Assembly (NCBI RefSeq): GCF_000006765.1
Contig: NC_002516.2
Origin: Pseudomonas aeruginosa PAO1
GTDB lineage: Bacteria; Pseudomonadota; Gammaproteobacteria; Pseudomonadales; Pseudomonadaceae
Reading direction: 5' to 3' (one strand)
DNA: 64,000 nucleotides
The notes under the pieces were generated by a model that had not been told where the DNA came from, ran no database searches, and worked only from the letters and a program-made list of their open reading frames with translations. Positions 1-10,050 of this stretch are shown piece by piece; the stretch's first letter is position 1; each line of letters begins with the position of its first letter. The position numbers and the translations under genes are program-made.

Positions 1-41
1 TTTGTCGAAAAGTATTTCCGCTCCGAGCACGCTGCGGCGCA

Positions 42-803
42 TTGGCCCATTGCCCGATACCCGGCAAAAATGAGATATTCACGAACGTGAATCATTCTCA
101 TATTTCAATCCCATCTCCCCGCCTGCTGCTGGTCGAAGACGACCCGCGCCTACGCGAGGATCTCGACGCGCATTTCCGCCGGCGCGGCTTCCGCGTAACC
201 GTCTGCGGCGATGGCTCGCACGGACTGGAAGCCGCCGGGCGCGAAGCGTTCGACCTGGTGTTGCTGGACATCATGCTACCCGGCCTCGACGGCCTGGCGC
301 TGCTGGAGTCGCTGCGCCGCGAGCAGGCCACGCCGGTGATGCTGATGTCGGCCCTGGGCGCCGAACAGGATCGCATCAGCGGCTTCACCCGCGGCGCCGA
401 CGACTACCTGCCGAAGCCGTTCAGCCTGGCCGAGCTGGATGCCCGCACCGACGCCCTGCTGCGCCGCGTACGACTGGACCGCCTGCCGTTGGCGCAGCGG
501 CGGGATACCCGGCTGGTGTTCGACGACCAGGCCCAGGATGTGCTCCACCAGGGCCTTCCGGCGGGGCTGACGCCATCCGAGTACCGCCTCCTGGCGACGC
601 TCCGCGAACACGCTGGCGAGGCGCTGAGCAAGCCGTTCCTCTACCGGAGCGTGCTGCACCGCAGCTACACGCGCCTCGACCGCGGTCTCGACGTGCACGT
701 CTGCAACCTGCGGCGCAAGCTCGCCGTGGTCGCCGTCCGTCACCTGCAGATCCAGGCGGTGCGCGGCCAGGGCTACCTGCTGGTGGAGACGGAACACCCC
801 TGA
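42..803 (+). CDS. pfeR: OmpR-family response regulator PfeR (start uncertain; GTG at 87 plausible, frame is also open to the window edge)
   Basis: Receiver domain (LLLVEDD, DLVLLDIMLPGLDG, GADDYLPKPF) plus winged-helix output (LTPSEYRLL, VRGQGY); stop overlaps the kinase start; upstream of pfeA. Confidence 0.9.
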   Translation: MAHCPIPGKNEIFTNVNHSHISIPSPRLLLVEDDPRLREDLDAHFRRRGFRVTVCGDGSHGLEAAGREAFDLVLLDIMLPGLDGLALLESLRREQATPVMLMSALGAEQDRISGFTRGADDYLPKPFSLAELDARTDALLRRVRLDRLPLAQRRDTRLVFDDQAQDVLHQGLPAGLTPSEYRLLATLREHAGEALSKPFLYRSVLHRSYTRLDRGLDVHVCNLRRKLAVVAVRHLQIQAVRGQGYLLVETEHP

Positions 804-2143
804 TGCGCAGGCACCCGCTGTTATGGAAACTGGCGCTGCTGCAGGTCGGCTTCTGCCTGCTGCTGACCTGGCTGATCTACACCTGGGGCCTGTCGGTGGA
901 GCGCAGCACCTACTTCCTCGCCCCGGCCGACCGCCACTACCTGGCGGATTACGCGCGGCAGGCGGAGGATGCCTGGCGCAGAGAGGGCGCCGCGGGCGCC
1001 GAACGCTTCCGCAAGGAACTGTCGGCGAAGGAAGATACCTGGGTGGCGCTGGTCGGACCGCACCTGGAAAGCCTCGGCAGCACGCCGCTAAGCGCCGAGG
1101 AGTCGAGCCACCTGACCTTCATGCGCAAGCTCGACTGGCCGATGAGCCGGCGCCTGCAGGACGAACTGCCGTACGTCAGCATCGAGTTCCCCGGACATCC
1201 CGAGCAGGGCCGGCTGGTAATCCAGTTACCGGAGCGCCTGCTGCCCGGCGGACTGACCCCCTGGACCCACCTGGTCACCCACGGCATAGTCCCGACCTTG
1301 CTGGCCGCCCTGCTCGGCCTGCTGCTCTATCGCCACCTGGTGGTGCCGCTGAACCGCTTGCGCGATCGCGCCGACGCCCTGCGCGCCGACGAACTGGAAA
1401 GCACTCCCCTCGCCGCACCGCTGGCGGCCCGCCGCGACGAACTGGGCGAGCTGGCCCAGGCCCTGGAGCACATGGCCGAGCGCCTGCGCCTGAGTCTCGC
1501 CCAGCAGCGCCTGCTGCTGCGCACCCTGTCCCACGAACTGCGCACGCCGCTGGCGCGCCTGCGCATCGCCCACGACAGCGAGCTACCGCCGGAACAGTTG
1601 CGCCAGCGCCTGGATCGCGAAATCGGCGACATGCAACGACTGCTGGAAGACACCCTCGACCTCGCCTGGATGGACACCGAGCGCCCGCAACTGCCCACCG
1701 AGCCGGTGCTGGCGCTGTCGGTGTGGGAAGCGCTGCGCGATGACGCCTGTTTCGAAAGCGGCTGGGACCCGGCGCGGCTACCCTGCCGCTTGGGCGTCGA
1801 CTGTCGCGTCGAGGTACACCTGGACAGCCTGGCCCAGGCCATGGAAAACCTCCTGCGCAACGCCATCCGTCACTCGCCCGAGGACGGCACGGTCAGCCTC
1901 GACGGCGAGCGCGAGGGCGACTTCTGGCACCTGCGCCTGCAGGACCAGGGCCCTGGCGTGGCGGAAGACCAGTTGGAACGCATCTTCCTCCCCTACCAGC
2001 GCCTGGACGATAGCGCCGGCGAAGGTTTCGGCCTCGGCCTGGCGATCGCCCGGCGCGCCATCGAGCTACAGGGCGGCCGGCTCTGGGCCAGCAACGGCAA
2101 GCCCGGATTGTGCCTGCACCTGTGGCTGCCGGCGGCCGCCTGA
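803..2143 (+). CDS. pfeS: Sensor histidine kinase PfeS
   Basis: Two TM segments, HAMP, H-box LSHELRTPL, N-box ENLLRNAIRH, G-boxes DQGPG and GFGLGLAI. Confidence 0.93.
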   Translation: MRRHPLLWKLALLQVGFCLLLTWLIYTWGLSVERSTYFLAPADRHYLADYARQAEDAWRREGAAGAERFRKELSAKEDTWVALVGPHLESLGSTPLSAEESSHLTFMRKLDWPMSRRLQDELPYVSIEFPGHPEQGRLVIQLPERLLPGGLTPWTHLVTHGIVPTLLAALLGLLLYRHLVVPLNRLRDRADALRADELESTPLAAPLAARRDELGELAQALEHMAERLRLSLAQQRLLLRTLSHELRTPLARLRIAHDSELPPEQLRQRLDREIGDMQRLLEDTLDLAWMDTERPQLPTEPVLALSVWEALRDDACFESGWDPARLPCRLGVDCRVEVHLDSLAQAMENLLRNAIRHSPEDGTVSLDGEREGDFWHLRLQDQGPGVAEDQLERIFLPYQRLDDSAGEGFGLGLAIARRAIELQGGRLWASNGKPGLCLHLWLPAAA

Positions 2144-2184
2144 GGGCGAAGTGTTTAGAAAGTTAATGCGCTTTACTCTCAAAT

Positions 2185-2203
2185 AACAATCAATATCATT
2201 TGT
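2185..2203. promoter_or_regulatory. Fur-box-like site upstream of pfeA
   Basis: Minus strand reads ACAAATGATATTGATTGTT, 12/19 identity by eye to GATAATGATAATCATTATC, in an AT-rich gap before a siderophore receptor. Confidence 0.6.
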
Positions 2204-2241
2204 GATCTCTTGCATTTCGCTGCATTGCCCGGAGATCACCG

Positions 2242-4482
2242 ATGTCCTCACGCGCCCTTCCCGCCGTTCCCTTCCTGCTGCTGTCCAGTTGCCTGCTCGC
2301 CAACGCCGTACACGCCGCCGGCCAGGGCGACGGCTCCGTCATCGAGCTGGGCGAGCAGACCGTGGTCGCCACCGCCCAGGAGGAAACCAAGCAGGCGCCG
2401 GGGGTTTCCATCATCACCGCCGAGGACATCGCCAAGCGACCGCCGAGCAACGACCTGTCGCAGATCATCCGGACCATGCCGGGGGTCAACCTGACCGGCA
2501 ACAGCTCCAGCGGCCAGCGTGGAAACAACCGGCAGATCGACATCCGCGGCATGGGCCCGGAGAACACCCTGATCCTGGTCGACGGCAAGCCGGTCAGCTC
2601 GCGCAACTCGGTGCGCTACGGCTGGCGCGGCGAGCGCGACAGCCGCGGCGACACCAACTGGGTGCCGGCCGACCAGGTCGAGCGCATCGAAGTGATCCGC
2701 GGCCCGGCGGCGGCGCGCTACGGCAACGGCGCGGCGGGCGGCGTGGTGAACATCATCACCAAGCAGGCCGGCGCGGAAACCCACGGTAATCTCAGCGTCT
2801 ACAGCAATTTCCCGCAACACAAGGCCGAAGGCGCCAGCGAACGGATGAGCTTCGGTCTCAACGGGCCGCTCACGGAAAACCTCAGCTACCGCGTCTACGG
2901 CAACATCGCCAAGACCGACTCGGACGACTGGGACATCAACGCCGGCCACGAATCCAACCGTACCGGCAAGCAGGCCGGCACCCTCCCCGCCGGTCGCGAA
3001 GGCGTGCGCAACAAGGACATCGACGGGCTGCTCAGCTGGCGCCTGACGCCCGAGCAGACCCTCGAGTTCGAGGCCGGCTTCAGCCGCCAGGGCAACATCT
3101 ACACCGGCGACACGCAGAACACCAACAGCAACAACTACGTGAAGCAGATGCTCGGCCACGAGACCAACCGCATGTACCGCGAGACCTACTCGGTCACCCA
3201 TCGCGGCGAATGGGACTTCGGCAGCTCGCTGGCCTACCTGCAGTACGAGAAGACCCGCAACAGCCGGATCAACGAAGGCCTGGCCGGCGGCACCGAAGGT
3301 ATCTTCGACCCCAACAACGCCGGCTTCTACACCGCCACCCTGCGCGACCTGACCGCCCACGGCGAGGTCAACCTGCCGCTGCACCTGGGCTACGAGCAGA
3401 CCCTGACCCTCGGCAGCGAGTGGACCGAGCAGAAGCTCGACGACCCCAGCTCCAACACCCAGAACACCGAGGAAGGCGGCTCGATCCCCGGTCTCGCCGG
3501 AAAGAACCGCAGCAGCAGTTCCTCGGCGCGGATCTTCTCGCTGTTCGCCGAGGACAACATCGAGCTGATGCCCGGCACCATGCTCACCCCAGGCCTGCGC
3601 TGGGACCACCACGACATCGTCGGCGACAACTGGAGCCCATCGCTGAACCTGTCCCACGCGCTCACCGAGCGGGTCACCCTGAAGGCCGGTATCGCCCGCG
3701 CCTACAAGGCCCCCAACCTGTACCAGCTGAACCCCGACTACCTGCTCTACAGCCGTGGCCAGGGTTGCTACGGGCAAAGCACCAGTTGCTACCTGCGCGG
3801 CAACGACGGCCTCAAGGCCGAGACCAGCGTGAACAAGGAACTGGGCATCGAGTACAGCCACGACGGCCTGGTAGCGGGGCTGACCTACTTCCGCAACGAC
3901 TACAAGAACAAGATCGAATCCGGCCTGTCACCGGTCGACCACGCCAGCGGCGGCAAGGGCGACTACGCCAACGCGGCGATCTACCAGTGGGAGAACGTGC
4001 CCAAGGCGGTGGTCGAGGGCCTCGAAGGCACCCTGACCCTGCCCCTGGCCGACGGCCTGAAGTGGAGCAACAACCTCACCTACATGCTGCAATCGAAGAA
4101 CAAGGAAACCGGCGACGTGCTCTCGGTGACGCCGCGCTACACCCTCAACTCGATGCTCGACTGGCAGGCCACCGACGACCTCTCGCTGCAAGCCACGGTC
4201 ACCTGGTACGGCAAGCAGAAGCCGAAGAAATACGACTATCACGGCGACCGTGTCACCGGCAGCGCCAACGACCAGCTCTCGCCCTACGCCATCGCCGGCC
4301 TCGGCGGCACCTATCGGTTGAGCAAGAACCTGAGCCTCGGCGCCGGCGTCGACAACCTGTTCGACAAGCGCCTGTTCCGCGCCGGCAATGCCCAGGGCGT
4401 GGTCGGCATCGACGGGGCCGGCGCGGCGACCTACAACGAGCCCGGACGGACCTTCTATACCAGCCTGACCGCGTCGTTCTGA
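2242..4482 (+). CDS. pfeA: TonB-dependent ferric-enterobactin receptor PfeA
   Basis: Signal peptide, plug domain (IDIRGMGPENTLILVDG; IEVIRGPAAARYGNGAAGGVVNIIT), C-terminal Phe; FepA-like. Confidence 0.96.
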   Translation: MSSRALPAVPFLLLSSCLLANAVHAAGQGDGSVIELGEQTVVATAQEETKQAPGVSIITAEDIAKRPPSNDLSQIIRTMPGVNLTGNSSSGQRGNNRQIDIRGMGPENTLILVDGKPVSSRNSVRYGWRGERDSRGDTNWVPADQVERIEVIRGPAAARYGNGAAGGVVNIITKQAGAETHGNLSVYSNFPQHKAEGASERMSFGLNGPLTENLSYRVYGNIAKTDSDDWDINAGHESNRTGKQAGTLPAGREGVRNKDIDGLLSWRLTPEQTLEFEAGFSRQGNIYTGDTQNTNSNNYVKQMLGHETNRMYRETYSVTHRGEWDFGSSLAYLQYEKTRNSRINEGLAGGTEGIFDPNNAGFYTATLRDLTAHGEVNLPLHLGYEQTLTLGSEWTEQKLDDPSSNTQNTEEGGSIPGLAGKNRSSSSSARIFSLFAEDNIELMPGTMLTPGLRWDHHDIVGDNWSPSLNLSHALTERVTLKAGIARAYKAPNLYQLNPDYLLYSRGQGCYGQSTSCYLRGNDGLKAETSVNKELGIEYSHDGLVAGLTYFRNDYKNKIESGLSPVDHASGGKGDYANAAIYQWENVPKAVVEGLEGTLTLPLADGLKWSNNLTYMLQSKNKETGDVLSVTPRYTLNSMLDWQATDDLSLQATVTWYGKQKPKKYDYHGDRVTGSANDQLSPYAIAGLGGTYRLSKNLSLGAGVDNLFDKRLFRAGNAQGVVGIDGAGAATYNEPGRTFYTSLTASF

Positions 4483-4489
4483 GCCATAA

Positions 4490-5416
<927 letters not shown>

Positions 5417-5448
5417 AGACGCACGCTCCCAAGAGAACCGAGGCAACG

Positions 5449-5474
5449 GCGGATAACCGCTTCGCGGTTATTCG
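5449..5474 (+). repeat. REP palindrome, left part, interrupted by the IS (continues as CCCTAC at 6847)
   Basis: GGCGGATAACCGC-TTC-GCGGTTATTCG is an imperfect palindrome; joining it to 6847 onward restores ...GCGGTTATTCGCCCTAC, the P. aeruginosa REP consensus as I recall it. Confidence 0.8.
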
Positions 5475-5490
5475 TATATGGACTCCTCCC

Positions 5491-5749
5491 GGTTTGCCAG
5501 TGTTTGTCTTGATTTCAAACCTGTGTACGACTGCATCCGTATATCCGGCTTCATGGAGTGGTGTTGCAACTCCCGAGCCCTGATGAAATGCGCGCCTGCA
5601 TACCTGATCGCCCTAACGGCTTTGCTTCACTGCAGCAGGGAGCCCACGTATAAACCAGGTTTCATGCAGGCCGGTTCGACCGGTTCGTCATCATTGTCAT
5701 TCACTGAGCAATCGTGGTGGATGTTTCAACTACGGTGTGGCAGGAACGC
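5491..5749 (-). ncRNA. Putative bridge/seek RNA in the IS non-coding end (boundaries approximate)
   Basis: Contains short matches to the target (5608-5615) and to both IS ends (5583-5590, 5539-5544); IS110/IS1111 elements are known to encode such guide RNAs. Confidence 0.65.
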
Positions 5750-6766
5750 TCAACCGGGCCGGTAGCATGTCTCCCGGCTGAGTAAAGCCCAAAGGATCCG
5801 GGCATTCTTGTTGGCCAGGGCAACGGCGACGACATTGGCAGGACGCCGTTGCAGCAGACCTTGCAGCCAGCGGCTGCGGGCATCGGTCTTGTTGGCGCAA
5901 CAGCGCACGACTGCACGGGCGCCATGGATGAGCAAGGTCCGCAAGTAGGTATCGCCGCGCTTGCTGATGTTGCCCAAGCGCTGCTGCCCGCCCGTGGAGT
6001 GCTGCCGTGGCACCAGGCCCAGCCAGGCCGCAAACTGGCGGCCCGTGCGGAATTGCCGTGCATCACCGGCGGATGCCGCCACCGCGCTGGCGCTGATCGG
6101 GCCGATGCCTTCCACCGCCAGCAGGCGCTGGATGCGGGCATCGCCACGTACGTGAGCCTGAATCTGTCGCTCCAGTCGAGCGATGCGCGCCTCCAGCGTC
6201 TGCAATTCATCTTTCAATTCACGCAACAGCTCGCCCATCGGGGCCGGCAAGGGCGCCGGCTCGGTAGCCATGACCGTTTCGAGCAAGGCCATCGTCGCCG
6301 CTCGCCCACGTCGAGTCGCGATCAGCCCGAACTCACCCAGCAAGCCACGCACCTCATTGCACAACGCCGTGCGGGCCCGCACTAGACGACTGCGCACCCG
6401 ATGCATCGACTGCACGGCCTGCTGCTCTGCGCTCTTCACCGGGACATAGCGCATGCTCGGACGACTGGCGGCTTCGCAGATCGCCTCGGCGTCGTGTGCA
6501 TCGTGCTTGTCACCCTTGACGTAGGGTTTTACGAACTGCGGTGCGATCAGGCGTACCGTGTGGCCCAGCTCCCGCAACTCGCGCGCCCAGTAGTGCGCAC
6601 TGCCGCAGGCCTCCATCGCCACCAGGCACGGCGGCAGTTGGCGAAAGAAATCCCGCACCTGTGCCCGCTTGAGTTGGCGACGACATACCACATGCTCGTG
6701 ACGATCAACGCCGTGCACCTGGAATACTTGTTTTGCCAGATCCAGACCAATGCGACTAAGGTTCAT
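5750..6766 (-). CDS. IS110-family DEDD transposase/recombinase (338 aa from ATG 6766)
   Basis: RuvC-like IGLDLAK, VAMEACG, KHDAHDAEAIC; C-terminal GIGPISA and WLGLVPRQHSTGG (catalytic Ser region). Confidence 0.95.
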   Translation of the reverse strand: MNLSRIGLDLAKQVFQVHGVDRHEHVVCRRQLKRAQVRDFFRQLPPCLVAMEACGSAHYWARELRELGHTVRLIAPQFVKPYVKGDKHDAHDAEAICEAASRPSMRYVPVKSAEQQAVQSMHRVRSRLVRARTALCNEVRGLLGEFGLIATRRGRAATMALLETVMATEPAPLPAPMGELLRELKDELQTLEARIARLERQIQAHVRGDARIQRLLAVEGIGPISASAVAASAGDARQFRTGRQFAAWLGLVPRQHSTGGQQRLGNISKRGDTYLRTLLIHGARAVVRCCANKTDARSRWLQGLLQRRPANVVAVALANKNARILWALLSRETCYRPG

Positions 6767-6902
6767 GCTGACTCCCCCTCCGGGACTTGTGGCTGCACCA
6801 TTAGTCTGGCGCTTGACGCCGTAGGAGGGAGGAGTCCATTTCATTGCCCTACCGGAAGCCAGGCATCCGCGCGCCGCTGCATCCCTCTACGCTGCACGGC
6901 AT

Positions 6903-6937
6903 CCTCTCCCGCCTGCGGGAGAGGGTTGGGGTGAGGG
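6903..6937. repeat. CCTCTCCC-N6-GGGAGAGG-GTTGGGGTGAGGG palindromic extragenic repeat
   Basis: 8-bp perfect stem followed by GGGGTGAGGG tail; resembles a widespread proteobacterial intergenic repeat. Confidence 0.55.
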
Positions 6938-6946
6938 AAAATCGCC

Positions 6947-8152
6947 CTACGCCACCACCGGAATCAGCGGGTCGGCCGCCGCCAGCGCCACGGCGCGGTC
7001 CGCCGCCGGCGGGTAGATCCACACGCCATTGATCTCGGTCTTGATCTTCTTGCCCTCCTCGCGCACGAACCGTACCTGGCGGTCCCAGCCCTCGGTGAAC
7101 ACCGCGCCCCAGCCGCCGAGGTCGAGACAGGTCACGTACTTCACCTGGCTGTAGGGAATCGGCTCGACGCCGAGCAGGTCGGCAGCCACGTTATTGCCGG
7201 CCGAGCGCCCCAGGGCGATGGCGTGCTGGCAGGTCATCAGGGCATGGTTGCCGAGGTCGTCGGTAGCCGCGCGGGCCACGTCGCCGGTGGCGTAGACATC
7301 GTCGAGACCGAGCACCTTGAGGTTGCGGTCGACATGCAGGCGACCCTGGGCATCGCGCTCGCCCGGAATCTGCCCGGTCAGGGTGCTGGCCCGCACGCCC
7401 ACGGTCCAGACCACGGTCTTCGCCTCGATCCGCTGGCCGTCGTCGAGCGTCACGCCCTCGGCATCCACCGCCGCCACCGAACGCCCCAGGCACCACTCCA
7501 CGCCCAGTTCCGCCGAGGCCTCGGCGATCAAGCCGCTCAGGTCCGCGCCCATCGATGCGCCGATGGCGGCGCCGCGGTCGACCACGATCACTCGCAGCGC
7601 CGCTTTCTCGCCGAGGATCGCCCGCAGGCGCGCCGGCATCTCGGTGGCGGTCTCGATGCCGGTGAAGCCGCCGCCGGCGACCACCACGGTGTTGCGTGCC
7701 GGCGAATCCGGCAAGTCGCGCAGGGCATGCAGGTGTGCCTCCAGGCGCAGGGCGTCTTCCAACTGGTCGACATCGAAGGCCGCGTCGATGCCGGCGACAC
7801 TCGCCGGACGCCACACGCCGCTGCCGGCCGCCAGCACCAGGCGGTCGTAGTCCAGTTGCGCCAGCGTGCCCTCGGCATCGCGGTACTCCACTCGCTTGCC
7901 GGCCACGTCGATGCGCTGCGCGCTGCCCTGCACGAAACGCACGCCGACCGCGGCGAACAATTCGCCCAGCGGCGCCGCCATGCGCTGCACGTCAGGCTCG
8001 TAGAAACGCGGGCGGATGCGCAGCTCGGGCTGCGGCGCGAGCACCGCGACCTCGACGTCGTCGCGGCCCTGGCGGTCGAGCTGGCGCACTGCGCTCAGCG
8101 CGCTCCACATGCCGGCGAATCCGGCACCGACGATCAGGATACGTTGTTTCAT
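6947..8152 (-). CDS. FAD-dependent NADH dehydrogenase-like oxidoreductase (NDH-2 family), 401 aa
   Basis: Two Rossmann motifs (IVGAGFAG, VAGGGFTG), ATGD FAD motif; ATG at 8152. Confidence 0.88.
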   Translation of the reverse strand: MKQRILIVGAGFAGMWSALSAVRQLDRQGRDDVEVAVLAPQPELRIRPRFYEPDVQRMAAPLGELFAAVGVRFVQGSAQRIDVAGKRVEYRDAEGTLAQLDYDRLVLAAGSGVWRPASVAGIDAAFDVDQLEDALRLEAHLHALRDLPDSPARNTVVVAGGGFTGIETATEMPARLRAILGEKAALRVIVVDRGAAIGASMGADLSGLIAEASAELGVEWCLGRSVAAVDAEGVTLDDGQRIEAKTVVWTVGVRASTLTGQIPGERDAQGRLHVDRNLKVLGLDDVYATGDVARAATDDLGNHALMTCQHAIALGRSAGNNVAADLLGVEPIPYSQVKYVTCLDLGGWGAVFTEGWDRQVRFVREEGKKIKTEINGVWIYPPAADRAVALAAADPLIPVVA

Positions 8153-8196
8153 TGGGGGCTCCTGGAGAGAAAGGACGGGATATCCGGAGAAAAGCC

Positions 8197-8235
8197 TCTC
8201 CGTAACTACGACTATATTTGTCGTAGTTACGGAGA
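8197..8235. promoter_or_regulatory. Perfect 16-bp inverted repeat, candidate Rrf2 operator
   Basis: TCTCCGTAACTACGAC-tatattt-GTCGTAGTTACGGAGA between the divergent oxidoreductase and Rrf2 genes. Confidence 0.65.
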
Positions 8236-8420
8236 TCAATCCCCGAAAAGCGTTCCGACAGGCAATCGCCCCTCGCCGTGAAAGAGAGGAAAAGACGTCG
8301 AAAACATACGAAAAGGATCGGAGATAGAGCGCTTCGAGGCGGAAGACAGCGAACGACCTGTCCTTGTGAGCGACCTGAAAACCGCGCAGAATATTGCGAA
8401 TATTTCTATCGGAGTTAGTG

Positions 8421-8945
8421 ATGGCTCTCTATAGCGCCGGCGTCGAATACGGCATCCACTGCCTGTTGTTCCTCGCCGACGAGAAAGGCGACAGCCGCGA
8501 GTCCAGCGTACGTACCCTCGCCGAGTTGCAGGGCGTGCCGCCGGAACTGCTGGCCAAGGTCTTCACCCGCCTGGCCAAGGCCGGCCTGGTGGCTGCCACC
8601 GAAGGCGTGCGCGGTGGCTTCCGCCTGGCACGGCCGGCCAACGAAATCAGCGTGCTCGACGTGGTCCGCGCCATCGACGGCGACAAATCGATCTTCGAAT
8701 GCCGCGAGGTCCGCGAGCGCTGCGCGATCTTCGAAGGCAACCCGCCTTCCTGGGCGACCCGCAACACCTGCTCGATCCACGCGGTGATGCTCACCGCGCA
8801 GAAGCGCATGGAAGAAGCGCTGGCCCAGCAGACCATCCTCGACCTGGTACGCCGGGTGGGGCGTATCGCGCCACCGGAGTTCGGCGAAGAAGTGCTGCGC
8901 TGGATGGATGCCAGCCGGGAAGGACGCGGCGGCTCCCGCGACTAG
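8421..8945 (+). CDS. Rrf2-family transcriptional regulator with Cys cluster
   Basis: EYGIHCLLFLA, GVRGGFRLARPANEISVLDVVRAIDG; C-x6-C...C motif; GGAG RBS at 8411. Confidence 0.9.
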   Translation: MALYSAGVEYGIHCLLFLADEKGDSRESSVRTLAELQGVPPELLAKVFTRLAKAGLVAATEGVRGGFRLARPANEISVLDVVRAIDGDKSIFECREVRERCAIFEGNPPSWATRNTCSIHAVMLTAQKRMEEALAQQTILDLVRRVGRIAPPEFGEEVLRWMDASREGRGGSRD

Positions 8946-9115
8946 CCCTTGGCGCATACGGAGCGGCGCCGCAAGCCCGTTTCGCGGAAAACACCATTGT
9001 CGACTGCGGTGCTAATCGCGCCGGCGTTTCTCCCTACCCTATCGCCAGAGGCCGCCGCAGAGCGGCCGCCGGCCCACTGCAATGGCCCGTGACCAACTTG
9101 CGTGATAGGTGAACG

Positions 9116-9616
9116 ATGGAACCTGGCAGCTACCAACTGACCATGAGCGTGCTCATGACCCCCGACAAGGCGAACTTCTCCGGCAACGTCCACGGCGGCG
9201 CGCTGCTCAAGCTCCTCGACGAAGTGGCCTTTGCCTGCGCCAAGCGCTACGCCGGACGCTACGTGGTGACCCTGTCGGTGGATCAGGTGATCTTCCGCGA
9301 GCCGATCCATGTCGGCGAACTGGTGACCTTCCTCGCCTCGGTGAACTACACCGGGCGCACTTCGATGGAGGTCGGGGTGAAGGTGATGACCGAGAACATC
9401 CACGAGCGCACCGTGCGCCATACCAACAGTTGCTTCTTCACCATGGTGGCGATGGACGACCAGCGCCGGCCGGTGGCGGTGCGTCCGCTGGAACCGGAGA
9501 CCGCGATCGAGAAACGCCGCTACGCCCAGGCCCTGGCCCGGCGCGAGCAGCGCAAGCTGATGGAACTGCGCTACCAGGAGATCCGCGAACAGGTGGATCA
9601 CGCGATGCCGGCCTGA
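9116..9616 (+). CDS. Acyl-CoA thioesterase (HotDog fold, YciA-like)
   Basis: NFSGNVHGGALLKLLDEVA motif. Confidence 0.9.
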   Translation: MEPGSYQLTMSVLMTPDKANFSGNVHGGALLKLLDEVAFACAKRYAGRYVVTLSVDQVIFREPIHVGELVTFLASVNYTGRTSMEVGVKVMTENIHERTVRHTNSCFFTMVAMDDQRRPVAVRPLEPETAIEKRRYAQALARREQRKLMELRYQEIREQVDHAMPA

Positions 9617-9643
9617 ACGCCGCCCGGCCCGCGGGCCGGGTCC

Positions 9644-9970
9644 TCAGCCCTCGCCGACCAGGCTCTCGAACGCTTCTTCCAGCACGCTGGCGCTGCCGGG
9701 GCGGACCACCCGCGCCACCTCCCGGCCGTCGCGAAGAAAGACGAACGTCGGCCACAGCTTGACCTGGAACGAGCGCCCCAGGCGGCGCCCGGGACCGTCC
9801 TCGACCTTCAGGTGGCCGACCTCCGGATAGTCGCTGAATACTTCCGCCAGCAGCGGCTGGGCGGCCTGGCAATGGCCGCACCAGTCGGTACCGAACTCCA
9901 CCAGCGTCGGACCGGCGAGCCGGTCCAGTTCGTCGCGCGCCGGTGCCTCGGCGCTGTATCGGGTCTTCAT
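9644..9970 (-). CDS. Thioredoxin-family protein, 108 aa
   Basis: WCGHC active site and cis-Pro WPT; ATG at 9970 inside the longer GC-rich ORF. Confidence 0.88.
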   Translation of the reverse strand: MKTRYSAEAPARDELDRLAGPTLVEFGTDWCGHCQAAQPLLAEVFSDYPEVGHLKVEDGPGRRLGRSFQVKLWPTFVFLRDGREVARVVRPGSASVLEEAFESLVGEG

Positions 9971-10050
9971 ACGCTGCTTCTCCATGAGCTTGGCTGACAG
10001 GACGGCAGACTTCCGCGGCGGCGCCAGGTTCGACCCGCGCGACGATGGAC

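Larger units (their letters stand above)
5475..6846 (-). mobile_element. IS110-family (IS1111 subgroup) insertion sequence, ISPa11-like
   Basis: 13-bp perfect sub-terminal inverted repeats ATGGACTCCTCCC (5478-5490) and GGGAGGAGTCCAT (6827-6839); long non-coding region downstream of the transposase; no multi-bp target duplication (one G at both junctions); inserted in a REP. Confidence 0.9.

Noticed and set aside
5478-5765. 95-aa plus-strand ORF inside the IS end
   Set aside because: No RBS or motif; the region is better explained as the IS non-coding RNA end.
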